IMG/VR virus record: IMGVR_UViG_3300047283_000054
Source: a virus
Taxonomy: Duplodnaviria; Caudoviricetes
Reading direction: 5' to 3' (one strand)
Length of the DNA stretch: 64,000 bases
Position 1 is the stretch's first letter, and each line of letters begins with the position of its first letter. Below, piece by piece: positions 31,940 through 41,985 of the stretch. The position numbers and the translations under genes were made by a program. The notes under the pieces were generated by a model. The model saw nothing but the letters and a program-made list of their open reading frames with translations, was not told where the DNA came from and did not search any database.

Positions 31940-32638
31940 ATGGCACAAAAACCCTTAAGTTCGCTAGGTGGATTCGCAGTAGGATCAAATGCTAACATTG
32001 TTATCATTGATTCTGCTGGCAATATTACCACTGATGCCATCACAGTAAGTCTCGATGCAAATCTAGGTAATGTAGCAAATATTGTTATTACTGGTGGTGC
32101 AAACGGGCAATTCTTACAGACTGATGGTAACGGAGTGTTATCATTTGCAGTACCGTCCGCAACAAGCAATAGTGCGGCGCCAATGCCCTATCTAATACCA
32201 ACTGGTGACTCATACATAGTTAATGATAACTTTCAAGGTTTATTTGCAAACACAATCACAATTGATGGTGATTTTACAATTGATGGTGAATTGATAGAAG
32301 TAGGCACAGCAGATCCTGCAGCCTTGTTTGAATCAGTTACCTCTAATAATGTTCAGATGGAAGTTGGTAAATCATATATTGTAGATACAACAGTATCCAG
32401 AACAGTGGTATTACCATCATCTGCTAATGTTGGTTTTGGCGATCAAGTAACAATCATTGATGGCACTGGTAATGCGTATCTAAGCCCAATATCAATTAGT
32501 GGAAACGGATCTAATATATTGGGTGACGCTAATGCGTATGTACTGGGAGTCAATGATTCTGCGGTAACATTGGTGTACTATAATACTCCACGTGGTTGGA
32601 TATTAAGTGCATACCCAATATTGAATTATAGCCCGTAA
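31940..32638 (+). CDS. Short fibre-associated structural protein
   Basis: Shares the N-terminal motif of 22517/24614; C-terminal Y-x-VDT...LP...GD-x-V-x-IID...LVY...GW module. Confidence 0.6.
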   Translation: MAQKPLSSLGGFAVGSNANIVIIDSAGNITTDAITVSLDANLGNVANIVITGGANGQFLQTDGNGVLSFAVPSATSNSAAPMPYLIPTGDSYIVNDNFQGLFANTITIDGDFTIDGELIEVGTADPAALFESVTSNNVQMEVGKSYIVDTTVSRTVVLPSSANVGFGDQVTIIDGTGNAYLSPISISGNGSNILGDANAYVLGVNDSAVTLVYYNTPRGWILSAYPILNYSP

Positions 32639-32698
32639 TATTGTAAAAATACAGTATTAAATGATAAAGAGATAAATATATTATAATAGGAAAAAATT

Positions 32699-35611
32699 AT
32701 GCTGATTTTACTACAAAGAGCAAGTGCAAATGTACCCAACCCACCAGCCGGCAAGTCAACACTATTTGTTGATACAAACGGAAACTTTAACGTTCTGAAT
32801 AGTAACGGAGGATACGGCTCATTTAACGGTTCTTTCGTTGCGATTGGCAATGTCGATTTAGGTCCCGTAGGAAATATTTTTATTGCTGATGGCTCTAATG
32901 GTCAAGTACTCAAATCATACGGAGCTAACGGCCATGTATATTGGGATACTGATAGTGCGACCCCAGGTGGCTCTAATACACAAATTCAATTTAATGACGC
33001 TGGTTCATTAGGCGGTAACACTGGTTTTACTTTTGACAAAACGACTGGAGCATTATCTATAACGGGTAATATCTCTGCTGGTAACGTAGGTGCTACAACA
33101 TTCACTGGTGCTCTGAGTGGTGCGGCAACAACAGCTGGTACTGTAACAACAGCGGCTCAACCTAACATTACAAGTGTTGGTACATTAACAAGCTTAAGTG
33201 TTACTGGTAATGTAGCTGCCGGCAACATTTTAACAGATAATCTATTATATGCTAACGGTACTGCATGGGATATGCAACAACCGGGCGGTACTAACACACA
33301 AGTTCAATATAATAACAATGATAATTTTGGTGCATCTTCTGCATTTACATTTGATTCTGGAACAAATACTTTAACTGCAACAAACATTGCAGGCACAACT
33401 GTTAGTGTAGTTGGTAATGTAACTGGCGCTAACTTATTCACTGGTGGCTTTGTTTCCGCAACCGGTAATGTTACTGGTGCATTCTTTATTGGTAATGGTA
33501 GTCAATTAACAGGTATTGATGCTACCACTATTCAAAATGGTACAGCAAACGTAAGAACATTTAATAATGCCAATGTAACAGTTAGTTCCAACGGTAATGC
33601 AAACATATTAGTAGTTACGGGCACTGGTGCAAATATTAATGGCACATTAAGTGCAACTGGTAACGTAACTGGTGCTAACTTATTTACCAGTGGAAGTGTA
33701 GATGCAACCGGTAACATTAATGCTACTGGTAATGTTTCTGCCGGTAACATTGGTACAACTGGTAATGTTTCTGCTGTCAATATAAATGCTACCGGGAATG
33801 TGTTGGCAACAACAGGTGAAATAAAATCTAATATAGCAAACATTACAAATCTTTTAGTAGCAAATGTAATAACTGCATCAGGTAACGCAAACGTTGGTAA
33901 TATTGGAGCGGCAACAGGTATATTTACAACTGTTTCTGTGTCAGGCAATTTAACTGTAGGTAATATCGTATCAAGCGGCACAGGTGGCAACATTTCTGGT
34001 GCTAACGTAATATCTGCTAATCTATTCACTGGTACACTAACAACAGCGGCACAGCCAAACATTACAAGTACTGGTACTCTCACTTCATTAGCAGTAACTG
34101 GTACTGCAACTGCCGGTAATCTTTCAACTGGTGGCACATTAAGTGCTACAGGCAATATTGTTTCAGCCGCAAACGTAGTAACAGATTTGATTGTTGGTAG
34201 AACACAAAGTGTCTCAATTACAGCAACTGGCTCTAACCAAAACATCAACTTAACTCCTACAGGAACTGGTACAGTTAACGTTGGTAACTTTATAATTTCT
34301 AATGTTGCAACTCCAGTTAACTCTACTGATGCGGCAACTAAACAATATGTTGATGACGTTGCACAAGGTCTACATACACACGATAGTTGTAATGCAGCCA
34401 CAACAACTACATTAGCAAGTATTTCAGGCGGTACTGTTACATATAACAACGGTACAAGTGGTGTTGGTGCAACATTAACAACAACAGGATCATTCACAAC
34501 TATTGATGGTGTTACATTGTCAAACGGTATGCGTATTCTTGTTAAGGACGAAGCAACTGCCGCAAATAACGGTATCTATGTAAGAACAAGCAGTACAGTG
34601 TTAACACGTGCCGATGACTTTGATACACCAACTGAAATGGCTGGAGGCGACTTTACATTCGTTACTGCAGGTACAGTATATGATAACACTGGTTGGGTAA
34701 TGCCTGATGCAGTTACTACAGTTGGCACAAGTCCAGTTGTTTGGGTACAGTTCTCAGGTGCTGGTACATACACTGCAGGTACAGGATTAGCATTAAACGG
34801 TAGTGTATTCAGTATTGCTAATACTACAGTAGTTGCAGGTGCATATGGTAATGGTGATTATAACGCTACATTTACTGTTAATAGTCAAGGTCAATTAAGT
34901 GCTGCCGCAAACGTAGCAATTACAGCTAACGCTGGAAACTTAAGTGGTACAGTATTGAAATCAACAGTTGTTACTTCTAGTTTAACAAGTGTTGGCACAT
35001 TGACAACATTGAGTATCAGTGGTAATGCGAACATAGGGAACGTTGGTGCAGCCGCAGGTGTATTTACAAGTGTTTCAGGTAATGGATCTAGTTTAAGTTC
35101 TATTACAGGTGCAAACGTAACAGGAGCAGTTGCATTTGCAACAACAGCTAATGCAGTAGCAGGTGCTAATGTAAGTGGACAAGTAGGTAACGCATTAGTA
35201 GCAGGTACTGTTTATACCGGAGCACAAGGTAATATTACTAGCTTAGGTACATTAAGTTCATTGAGCGTTAGTGGTAATGCTAACGTTGGTAACATTGGTG
35301 CTACTAACTTAGTTGGTACATTAACTACCGGATCACAGACTAATATCACAGCAGTTGGTACACTAGCAAGTCTAAGTGTTTCTGGTAATGCTAACGTTGG
35401 TAACATTGGTGCAGGTTCAGGTATATACACTACATTGAGTGCATCTGGTAACGTAACTGGTGGTAACTTAGTTTCTACTGGTCAGCTAGGTGGAACAGGT
35501 GCAACACATTTAGGTAACACATTCACTACTGGTGCTAATACAACAGCCGGTACTGTAACTGGTAACTTTGCATTGAGTGCTGGTTCAAGATTCCAAGCAA
35601 CTTACGCTTAA
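32699..35611 (+). CDS. Fibre protein ending at GSRFQATYA
   Basis: Same repeat modules as its neighbours; DAATKQYVD and RILVKDE...NGIY motifs. Confidence 0.7.
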   Translation: MLILLQRASANVPNPPAGKSTLFVDTNGNFNVLNSNGGYGSFNGSFVAIGNVDLGPVGNIFIADGSNGQVLKSYGANGHVYWDTDSATPGGSNTQIQFNDAGSLGGNTGFTFDKTTGALSITGNISAGNVGATTFTGALSGAATTAGTVTTAAQPNITSVGTLTSLSVTGNVAAGNILTDNLLYANGTAWDMQQPGGTNTQVQYNNNDNFGASSAFTFDSGTNTLTATNIAGTTVSVVGNVTGANLFTGGFVSATGNVTGAFFIGNGSQLTGIDATTIQNGTANVRTFNNANVTVSSNGNANILVVTGTGANINGTLSATGNVTGANLFTSGSVDATGNINATGNVSAGNIGTTGNVSAVNINATGNVLATTGEIKSNIANITNLLVANVITASGNANVGNIGAATGIFTTVSVSGNLTVGNIVSSGTGGNISGANVISANLFTGTLTTAAQPNITSTGTLTSLAVTGTATAGNLSTGGTLSATGNIVSAANVVTDLIVGRTQSVSITATGSNQNINLTPTGTGTVNVGNFIISNVATPVNSTDAATKQYVDDVAQGLHTHDSCNAATTTTLASISGGTVTYNNGTSGVGATLTTTGSFTTIDGVTLSNGMRILVKDEATAANNGIYVRTSSTVLTRADDFDTPTEMAGGDFTFVTAGTVYDNTGWVMPDAVTTVGTSPVVWVQFSGAGTYTAGTGLALNGSVFSIANTTVVAGAYGNGDYNATFTVNSQGQLSAAANVAITANAGNLSGTVLKSTVVTSSLTSVGTLTTLSISGNANIGNVGAAAGVFTSVSGNGSSLSSITGANVTGAVAFATTANAVAGANVSGQVGNALVAGTVYTGAQGNITSLGTLSSLSVSGNANVGNIGATNLVGTLTTGSQTNITAVGTLASLSVSGNANVGNIGAGSGIYTTLSASGNVTGGNLVSTGQLGGTGATHLGNTFTTGANTTAGTVTGNFALSAGSRFQATYA

Positions 35612-35658
35612 CAATATCAAATTCATACACACTACTTAGAAATGATAAGTAGTGATGT

Positions 35659-36102
35659 ATGAATATCTTTCAATCAACGTATGAAGCAAGGCTTCAAGCT
35701 TGGTTTCAATTACGGAAATCCGTAACTAGTTTACCCATAGAACAACAATGTATAACCATAGACGAATGGTGGCAAGATGCACCATTGGTTACCCATCATC
35801 TTCACCCACACGACATAGATAACTGGCCCGATCCTTGGGAACTTTTGTCCGAAAATATCTATTGTGAGGTTGCAAGAGCTTTAGGAATATGTTATACTCT
35901 ACATCTTATAGGAATAAATGATATAGAATTAGTATTAGCTAGAAATGAAACAGCAGAAGATGTAGTATTAGTCCTAGTTGATAACGCAAAATATATAATG
36001 AATTACTGGCCTAATACGGTCATAAGTAATACACTAAAAGATTTTAAAGTAGTACAAAAGTTAGATTTACAAACAATAATTACAAAAATAGGTAGAACAT
36101 GA
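35659..36102 (+). CDS. Conserved hypothetical phage protein
   Basis: 147 aa, WPDPWELL...YC motif; overlaps the nrdA start; TAAGTA 7 nt upstream. Confidence 0.65.
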   Translation: MNIFQSTYEARLQAWFQLRKSVTSLPIEQQCITIDEWWQDAPLVTHHLHPHDIDNWPDPWELLSENIYCEVARALGICYTLHLIGINDIELVLARNETAEDVVLVLVDNAKYIMNYWPNTVISNTLKDFKVVQKLDLQTIITKIGRT

Positions 36103-38417
36103 AGATAAACGTCACCAAACGCTCTGGGAATAAAGAACCACTCACATTAGAAAAATGGCAAGCACAGGTAGCAAAAGTATGTAAAGGGATAGCAGATGTT
36201 AGTCCCTCAATGATAGAAATTAAATCACAACTACATTTTTATGATGGCATTACTACACAAGAAATTGATGAAATAACATTACGTGCGATTGTAGATTTAA
36301 TTGACGTAGAACAGAACCCAGATGTTGGGCATACTAACTATCAATATGTGGCAGGTAAACAACGTGTATCTATGTTGCGTAAAGATGTATATGGTAGATA
36401 TGACGTACCTCACCTATACGATATTATTAAAAAGAATGTAGCCACTGGTCTTTACACAGATGAACTATTGTCTTGGTATACACAAGAAGATTGGAACAAG
36501 ATGAATGATATGTTGGATCATTCTAAGGACGAACAATACTCTTATGCCGCCATTGAACAACTCATTGAAAAATACTTAGTAAAGAATAGAAGTACGAAAG
36601 AAATTTATGAAACTCCACAAATTAGATACATGGTTGCAGCCGCAACTGTTTTTCATAGTGAAGAACCTAATAACGCCCGTATGCGTTATATCAAAGAATA
36701 TTATAATGCGGCTTCGGACGGTCTCTTTACTCTTGCAACCCCTGTGCTTGCTGGCCTTGGGACTCCTACTAAACAGTTCAGCAGTTGTGTTCTTATCCGC
36801 AGTGATGATGACTTGGATTCGATCTTTGCCTCGGGAGAAATGATGGCCAAGTATGCCAGCAAACGTGCAGGCATTGGTTTAGAAATTGGACGATTACGTC
36901 CATTAGGTAGTCCCATCAGAGGTGGCGAGATTATGCACACAGGTATGATACCGTTCTTAAAGAAATGGTTTGGCGATTTACGTAGTTGCAGTCAAGGAGG
37001 TATTCGTAATGCAAGTGCTACTGTTTTTTATCCTATTTGGCATCATCAGTTTGATGATCTTATTGTACTTAAGAACAACCAAGGAACAGAAGAAACCCGA
37101 GTCCGTCATATGGATTATGGGGTTGTGCTTAGTGCTTTCTTCTGGAGACGATTTAAAAACAAAGAACAAATAACTTTCTTTGATCCAAATGAAGTGCCTG
37201 ACTTATATGAAGCATTCTATAGTAATACAGAATTATTTGAAGAACTATATGTAAAATACGAAAAGCAATCAAGTTTACGTAAGAAGTCAATGAGTGCTGA
37301 AGAAGTATTCAAGTCAGGCATTCTTAAAGAACGAACAGATACAGGACGTATATATCTTGTGTTCGTTGACAACGTGATGAATCAAGGCCCGTTCGATCCA
37401 GAGTACCATACAATTTACCAGAGTAACCTTTGTTGTGAGATCCTACTTCCGACAAAAAGCTTTAAAAGATTAGACGATGATACCGGAAGGATAGCCTTAT
37501 GTACCTTAGGTAGTATCAACTGGGGTGCGTTCCGTAACCCAGAAGACATGCGCCGTGCTTGTCGCATATTGCATCGTAGCCTCAATAACATTCTTGACTA
37601 TCAAGACTTTCTATCCATTCAATCTAAATTATCAAACGATGAAATCAGACCTCTTGGAATTGGAATTACTAATCTTGCCTACTGGCACGCCAAGCGAAAT
37701 CTCAAGTACGGAGAAAAAGACTCCCTAGCTGAAGTCAAGACGTGGATGGAACACTTATCCTTCTACTTAACTGAAGCAAGTGTAGAACTAGCACAAGAAC
37801 GTGGTCGTTGCGAACATAGCGATAAAACACGTTATGGGCAAGGTATATTCCCTTGGGAACTACGTGCTAAGGGCGTTAACGAATTAACAAACTTTGATCC
37901 AGAACTTAACTGGGAAGGATTACGTGCTATGATGCGTAGTTATGGTGTCCGTAATGCTACACAAATGGCAGTCGCTCCTGTAGAATCAAGTAGTGTAGTA
38001 ATTAATAGTACCAATGGTATTGAAATGCCAATGAGTTTAATCTCTGTAAAAGAAAGTAAAGCAGGAAGTTTTGTTCAAGTTGTTCCTGAATATCACAAAC
38101 TTAAAAACAAATATCAGATGATGTGGGAACAGAAAGATTGTGACGGATACTTAAAGACAGCGGCAGTCATTGCAGCCTATGTTGACCAAAGCATAAGTAC
38201 TAATACGTTTTATAATCCTGCACATTTCCCTGATAGAAAAGTCCCAACTACATTGATTGCTAAGAACTTGATGCAAGCACACTATTGGGGACTAAAGACA
38301 TTCTATTATAGTTTGATTAATAAAGCAGGTAGTAAGAGCCAAGACGAGACTGTATTAGATTTGCCTAGCGGTTTTAATGATATGGATGAAGAAGATTGTG
38401 AGGCATGCAAGCTATGA
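36099..38417 (+). CDS. nrdA: Ribonucleotide reductase class Ia alpha subunit
   Basis: N-terminal ATP cone (VTKRSG), QFSSC, SNLCCEI, LCTL, LGIG, KTFYY and C-terminal CEACKL. Confidence 0.95.
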   Translation: MKINVTKRSGNKEPLTLEKWQAQVAKVCKGIADVSPSMIEIKSQLHFYDGITTQEIDEITLRAIVDLIDVEQNPDVGHTNYQYVAGKQRVSMLRKDVYGRYDVPHLYDIIKKNVATGLYTDELLSWYTQEDWNKMNDMLDHSKDEQYSYAAIEQLIEKYLVKNRSTKEIYETPQIRYMVAAATVFHSEEPNNARMRYIKEYYNAASDGLFTLATPVLAGLGTPTKQFSSCVLIRSDDDLDSIFASGEMMAKYASKRAGIGLEIGRLRPLGSPIRGGEIMHTGMIPFLKKWFGDLRSCSQGGIRNASATVFYPIWHHQFDDLIVLKNNQGTEETRVRHMDYGVVLSAFFWRRFKNKEQITFFDPNEVPDLYEAFYSNTELFEELYVKYEKQSSLRKKSMSAEEVFKSGILKERTDTGRIYLVFVDNVMNQGPFDPEYHTIYQSNLCCEILLPTKSFKRLDDDTGRIALCTLGSINWGAFRNPEDMRRACRILHRSLNNILDYQDFLSIQSKLSNDEIRPLGIGITNLAYWHAKRNLKYGEKDSLAEVKTWMEHLSFYLTEASVELAQERGRCEHSDKTRYGQGIFPWELRAKGVNELTNFDPELNWEGLRAMMRSYGVRNATQMAVAPVESSSVVINSTNGIEMPMSLISVKESKAGSFVQVVPEYHKLKNKYQMMWEQKDCDGYLKTAAVIAAYVDQSISTNTFYNPAHFPDRKVPTTLIAKNLMQAHYWGLKTFYYSLINKAGSKSQDETVLDLPSGFNDMDEEDCEACKL

Positions 38418-39151
38418 AGATAGCGGTATACGGTGATAGCTTTGTTGCACCAATTCAACCTGAACATAAAGGCTTTGATTTCCTATGGTGTAACACCCTA
38501 GCCAATAAATTAAACGGATCTATCGATAACTTTGCAAAAATAGGCACCAGTATATTTTATAGTTATCAAAAATTTCTATCTAACTATAATGATTATGATT
38601 TATGTATTTTTGTCGTCACTGAACCAAATAGATATTTTAAAACATTGAATTTTGCATCCGGTGTACCACGAACTATAGGTAATATGGATCAATTAGAATT
38701 TTATAGAAAAACATTGAATCTTAATGCAGAAGATAAACAAACACTTACATGGCTCGAAGGATGGTTTTTATCATCTGACCCTGACTATAATAAGTGTTTT
38801 GGTAATTTAATGGTAAATGATATTATTAATAAAAAACCAAACACTGTATTATATCCTGGATTTACTGCAAGTTCACATGACACAAATTTGATCCCACTTC
38901 ACGAAATACACAAAATGCAATTAAGTAAAATGGGGAAAGATTTTAATAGTGATTTAAGTTTTTTATATTCTGAAAATTCTAATAAAATTGCTGGCCATTT
39001 TACTGAACCATACAATAATTTTATATCAGAATTAATATACAACAAAATTACAAACGGATTCTATGATTTTTCTGGATTACAAGAAATCGAAGTAGATACT
39101 ACAATAAACTATTATGATTACATTGACAAAACTAAAGGTTGCCCCAAATGA
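38414..39151 (+). CDS. SGNH/GDSL-like hydrolase between nrdA and nrdB
   Basis: KIAVYGDSF, NFA-x-x-G-x-S and a late GH motif; ATGA overlaps at both ends. Confidence 0.6.
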   Translation: MKIAVYGDSFVAPIQPEHKGFDFLWCNTLANKLNGSIDNFAKIGTSIFYSYQKFLSNYNDYDLCIFVVTEPNRYFKTLNFASGVPRTIGNMDQLEFYRKTLNLNAEDKQTLTWLEGWFLSSDPDYNKCFGNLMVNDIINKKPNTVLYPGFTASSHDTNLIPLHEIHKMQLSKMGKDFNSDLSFLYSENSNKIAGHFTEPYNNFISELIYNKITNGFYDFSGLQEIEVDTTINYYDYIDKTKGCPK

Positions 39152-40248
39152 GTAAACAACAATACAACTTACACACTAAGACAGATTATTTGAATAGAAA
39201 AATGTTTTTGGATCCGGAAGGTCCCGTAACCATTCAAAGATTTGAAGAAGTAAAATATAAAAAGATAGCTGACTTTGAAACAACGGCACGTGGTTTCTTC
39301 TGGGTTCCAGAAGAAGTATCACTTACTAAAGATGCTAATGATTTTAAAGAAGCCAGTGATGCTGTTAGACATATCTTTACTAGTAACCTGTTACGTCAAA
39401 CAGCATTAGATAGTTTACAAGGTCGTGCACCTAGTCAGGTGTTCACGCCTGTGGTGTCATTGCCCGAACTAGAAGCATTGATTTACAACTGGAGTTTCTT
39501 TGAAACTAACATTCATAGTCGTAGCTATAGTCATATCATTCGCAATATCTACAACGTACCCAAAGAAGTATTCAATACTATCCATGATACAAAAGAGATT
39601 GTTGATATGGCAAGTAGTGTAGGCAGATACTATGATGAACTACACAAAGTTAACTGTCGCAAAGAGTTAGGTGAAGATGTGAACGAGAAGGAACACATCA
39701 AAGCAATCTACATGGCACTACATGCCAGTTACGCATTGGAAGCATTCCGCTTTATGGTATCATTCGCTACATCACTAGCAATGGTTGAGAACAAAATCTT
39801 TATTGGTAATGGCAATATTATCAGTTTAATTCTCCAAGATGAACTTCTCCATAAAGGCTGGACTGCCTACCTTATTAACCAAGTAATAAAAGAAGATAGC
39901 AGATTTGCACAAGTTAAATCAGAATGTGAAGCTGAAGTCTATCAACTTTATTTGGATGTTATCCGTGAAGAAAAAGAATGGGCAGACTACTTGTTTAAGA
40001 TGGGTCCAGTCATTGGATTAAATGCAACCGTGTTGAAAGACTTTGTTGATTACACGGCTGTATTCGCATTAAAAGAAATTGGTATTAGATATAATAGTCC
40101 TGCACCTAAAACAACACCTATTCCTTGGTTCAACAAACACGTTGATACAAGTAAGAAACAAACTGCATTACAAGAAAATGAATCAACTAACTATGTAATT
40201 GGTGTAATGACTGATAGTATTGAATATGATGAACTACCAAATATTTAA
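39148..40248 (+). CDS. nrdB: Ribonucleotide reductase class Ia beta subunit
   Basis: FFWVPEE, DSLQ, ETNIHSRSY, LEAFRF, DELLH and QENE-x-x-x-Y motifs. Confidence 0.95.
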   Translation: MSKQQYNLHTKTDYLNRKMFLDPEGPVTIQRFEEVKYKKIADFETTARGFFWVPEEVSLTKDANDFKEASDAVRHIFTSNLLRQTALDSLQGRAPSQVFTPVVSLPELEALIYNWSFFETNIHSRSYSHIIRNIYNVPKEVFNTIHDTKEIVDMASSVGRYYDELHKVNCRKELGEDVNEKEHIKAIYMALHASYALEAFRFMVSFATSLAMVENKIFIGNGNIISLILQDELLHKGWTAYLINQVIKEDSRFAQVKSECEAEVYQLYLDVIREEKEWADYLFKMGPVIGLNATVLKDFVDYTAVFALKEIGIRYNSPAPKTTPIPWFNKHVDTSKKQTALQENESTNYVIGVMTDSIEYDELPNI

Positions 40249-40258
40249 AAAGGAAAAT

Positions 40259-41152
40259 ATGAAAAAATTATTAGTTATATTAAGCTTAGTCTTTCTGACG
40301 GCTTGTACAAAAACAACTGAAGCACCTACAGCAGTTTCATCTGCACCGTCATTTGTATTAGATTATACATCAAATTGTACCTCAGGTGGTACTCCAACAA
40401 TCAATAGCAACTCTATCACGTTTGGTTCAGGTACTCAATGTCAAGCAGGTAGATTGGTATCTACACAAAGTTATACTGACATTACTGAATTTAGAGCTAC
40501 AGTGGATCTTAGCAAGTTGAGTAATAACTATGTGAATGCATCTATCTACATGGTATCAAACCCTGTACAACCTACAACACAACCTACAGGTAGTAACTAC
40601 TGTGACTCCGGTGGTAACGGTAATCAATGGAACTGTAGAGAAATTGATTTCATGGAAACTAATGGTAACAAATTGTTTCAAACTACTATGCACTTAGGTG
40701 ACGGTGGAAGTTCAGCACCACAAAATTATGCATATTCTTATGCTAACACCGCACTTAACAATAGTTGTTTTACAAGTGCAAATATGAAGAATGACCCTGC
40801 TAATGGATTACACGACATTACTGGCATTGACATGAGCAAGCCATTCGATATGGTTGCAACTTTTACATATGACACTCCTAAAATGGTTGTCACATATCAG
40901 CAAGGATCAGTTAATGTTGTAGTATATGATTCATCTACTGCAGGTGCTGAAGGAAGTAAAACATTAGATATGACCGACTTAACAACTTCAATGAAGAATG
41001 GTTACTGGCCAGTTATATCATTTTGGCAAGGGTATAGCCCAACTGGCCCTAGCTCTGCACCATGGTGGAACGGAAGTTGTGGTTGGGGAGCATTATGCAA
41101 CAACAGTAGTTCATATTGGAGTGTAAGTAATATACAAGTTACCACAAAATAA
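40259..41152 (+). CDS. Lipoprotein glycoside hydrolase, clan GH-B (GH7/GH16-like)
   Basis: Lipobox MKKLLVILSLVFLTA-C; catalytic E-x-D-x-x-E (CREIDFMETN); YCD, IDMSKPF and SNI motifs. Confidence 0.65.
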   Translation: MKKLLVILSLVFLTACTKTTEAPTAVSSAPSFVLDYTSNCTSGGTPTINSNSITFGSGTQCQAGRLVSTQSYTDITEFRATVDLSKLSNNYVNASIYMVSNPVQPTTQPTGSNYCDSGGNGNQWNCREIDFMETNGNKLFQTTMHLGDGGSSAPQNYAYSYANTALNNSCFTSANMKNDPANGLHDITGIDMSKPFDMVATFTYDTPKMVVTYQQGSVNVVVYDSSTAGAEGSKTLDMTDLTTSMKNGYWPVISFWQGYSPTGPSSAPWWNGSCGWGALCNNSSSYWSVSNIQVTTK

Positions 41153-41163
41153 AAGGAAAATAA

Positions 41164-41394
41164 ATGACAGCAATCGTATGGAGTAAGTATCATTGTCCCT
41201 ATTGCGACCAAGCAAAGGCATTATTAAAAAGTAAAGGTATACAATTTGAAGAACGTAAGATTGGAGATGGTTATACCAAAGAAGAATTGCTTGAAGCAAT
41301 CCCGTCAGCAAGAACAGTACCACAAATCATTTTAGATGGCGTACTAATCGGTGGTTTCACTGAACTCAAACAAAAATTAACAGAAAGTAATTAA
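41164..41394 (+). CDS. Glutaredoxin
   Basis: CPYC, TVPQI and IGGF motifs. Confidence 0.92.
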   Translation: MTAIVWSKYHCPYCDQAKALLKSKGIQFEERKIGDGYTKEELLEAIPSARTVPQIILDGVLIGGFTELKQKLTESN

Positions 41395-41699
41395 TGCAAA
41401 TAGCAATTGAACCAAACAAAGTATACACGTTTAAACTCAACTCGGGTGAAGAACTGATAGCAAAAGTAATTCAAGCAGGTGGAGAGTTTATTCAAATTGA
41501 AGAACCTGTCTCTATTGCACCTACACAACAGGGTATGCAAATGATTCCTAGCGTATTTACTGCAAATCCGAAGAGTGATTTTAAGCTAAATACAAGTAGT
41601 ATTGCTCTTTATGCTGAAACTGATGATAGTGTTAGAATGAAGTATTTAGAAGCAACGACTGGTATCAAAGTACCAGACAAGAAAATTGTATTAGGATAA
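41394..41699 (+). CDS. Sm-like fold phage protein
   Basis: FKLNSGEELIAK...Y-x-x-x-TTGI pattern common in T4-like phages. Confidence 0.55.
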   Translation: MQIAIEPNKVYTFKLNSGEELIAKVIQAGGEFIQIEEPVSIAPTQQGMQMIPSVFTANPKSDFKLNTSSIALYAETDDSVRMKYLEATTGIKVPDKKIVLG

Positions 41700-41700
41700 A

Positions 41701-41985
41701 ATGGCAAAACTAAGTCGTGTAGGTGACAAGAATCAAGAGGGCGGCGCTATCGTAAGAGGCGCCGGTACTGTCTTTGCCAATGGAATCCAAGTTGGTCTAC
41801 ACGTTAGTGCTATTACTCCACACGCACCTTGGAGTAAAAAAGGTCATCCACCACACAAAGCCGCTGTAACAACTAGTGCTAGTCCAACAGTATTTGCTGA
41901 AGGTAGTGCGGTGCTTAGAGTAGGGTCAGGAAACAGTTGCGGTCATAGTATCGTTGATGGTAGTCCTGATGTATTTGTCCCATGA
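41701..41985 (+). CDS. PAAR-repeat spike tip protein
   Basis: RVGD, TVFANG, H-x-P...H and RVG...CGH-x-I-x-x-GSPDVF motifs. Confidence 0.85.
   Translation: MAKLSRVGDKNQEGGAIVRGAGTVFANGIQVGLHVSAITPHAPWSKKGHPPHKAAVTTSASPTVFAEGSAVLRVGSGNSCGHSIVDGSPDVFVP

Noticed and set aside
36099-40248. Introns or inteins in nrdA/nrdB
   Set aside because: Both have normal lengths and continuous motifs.
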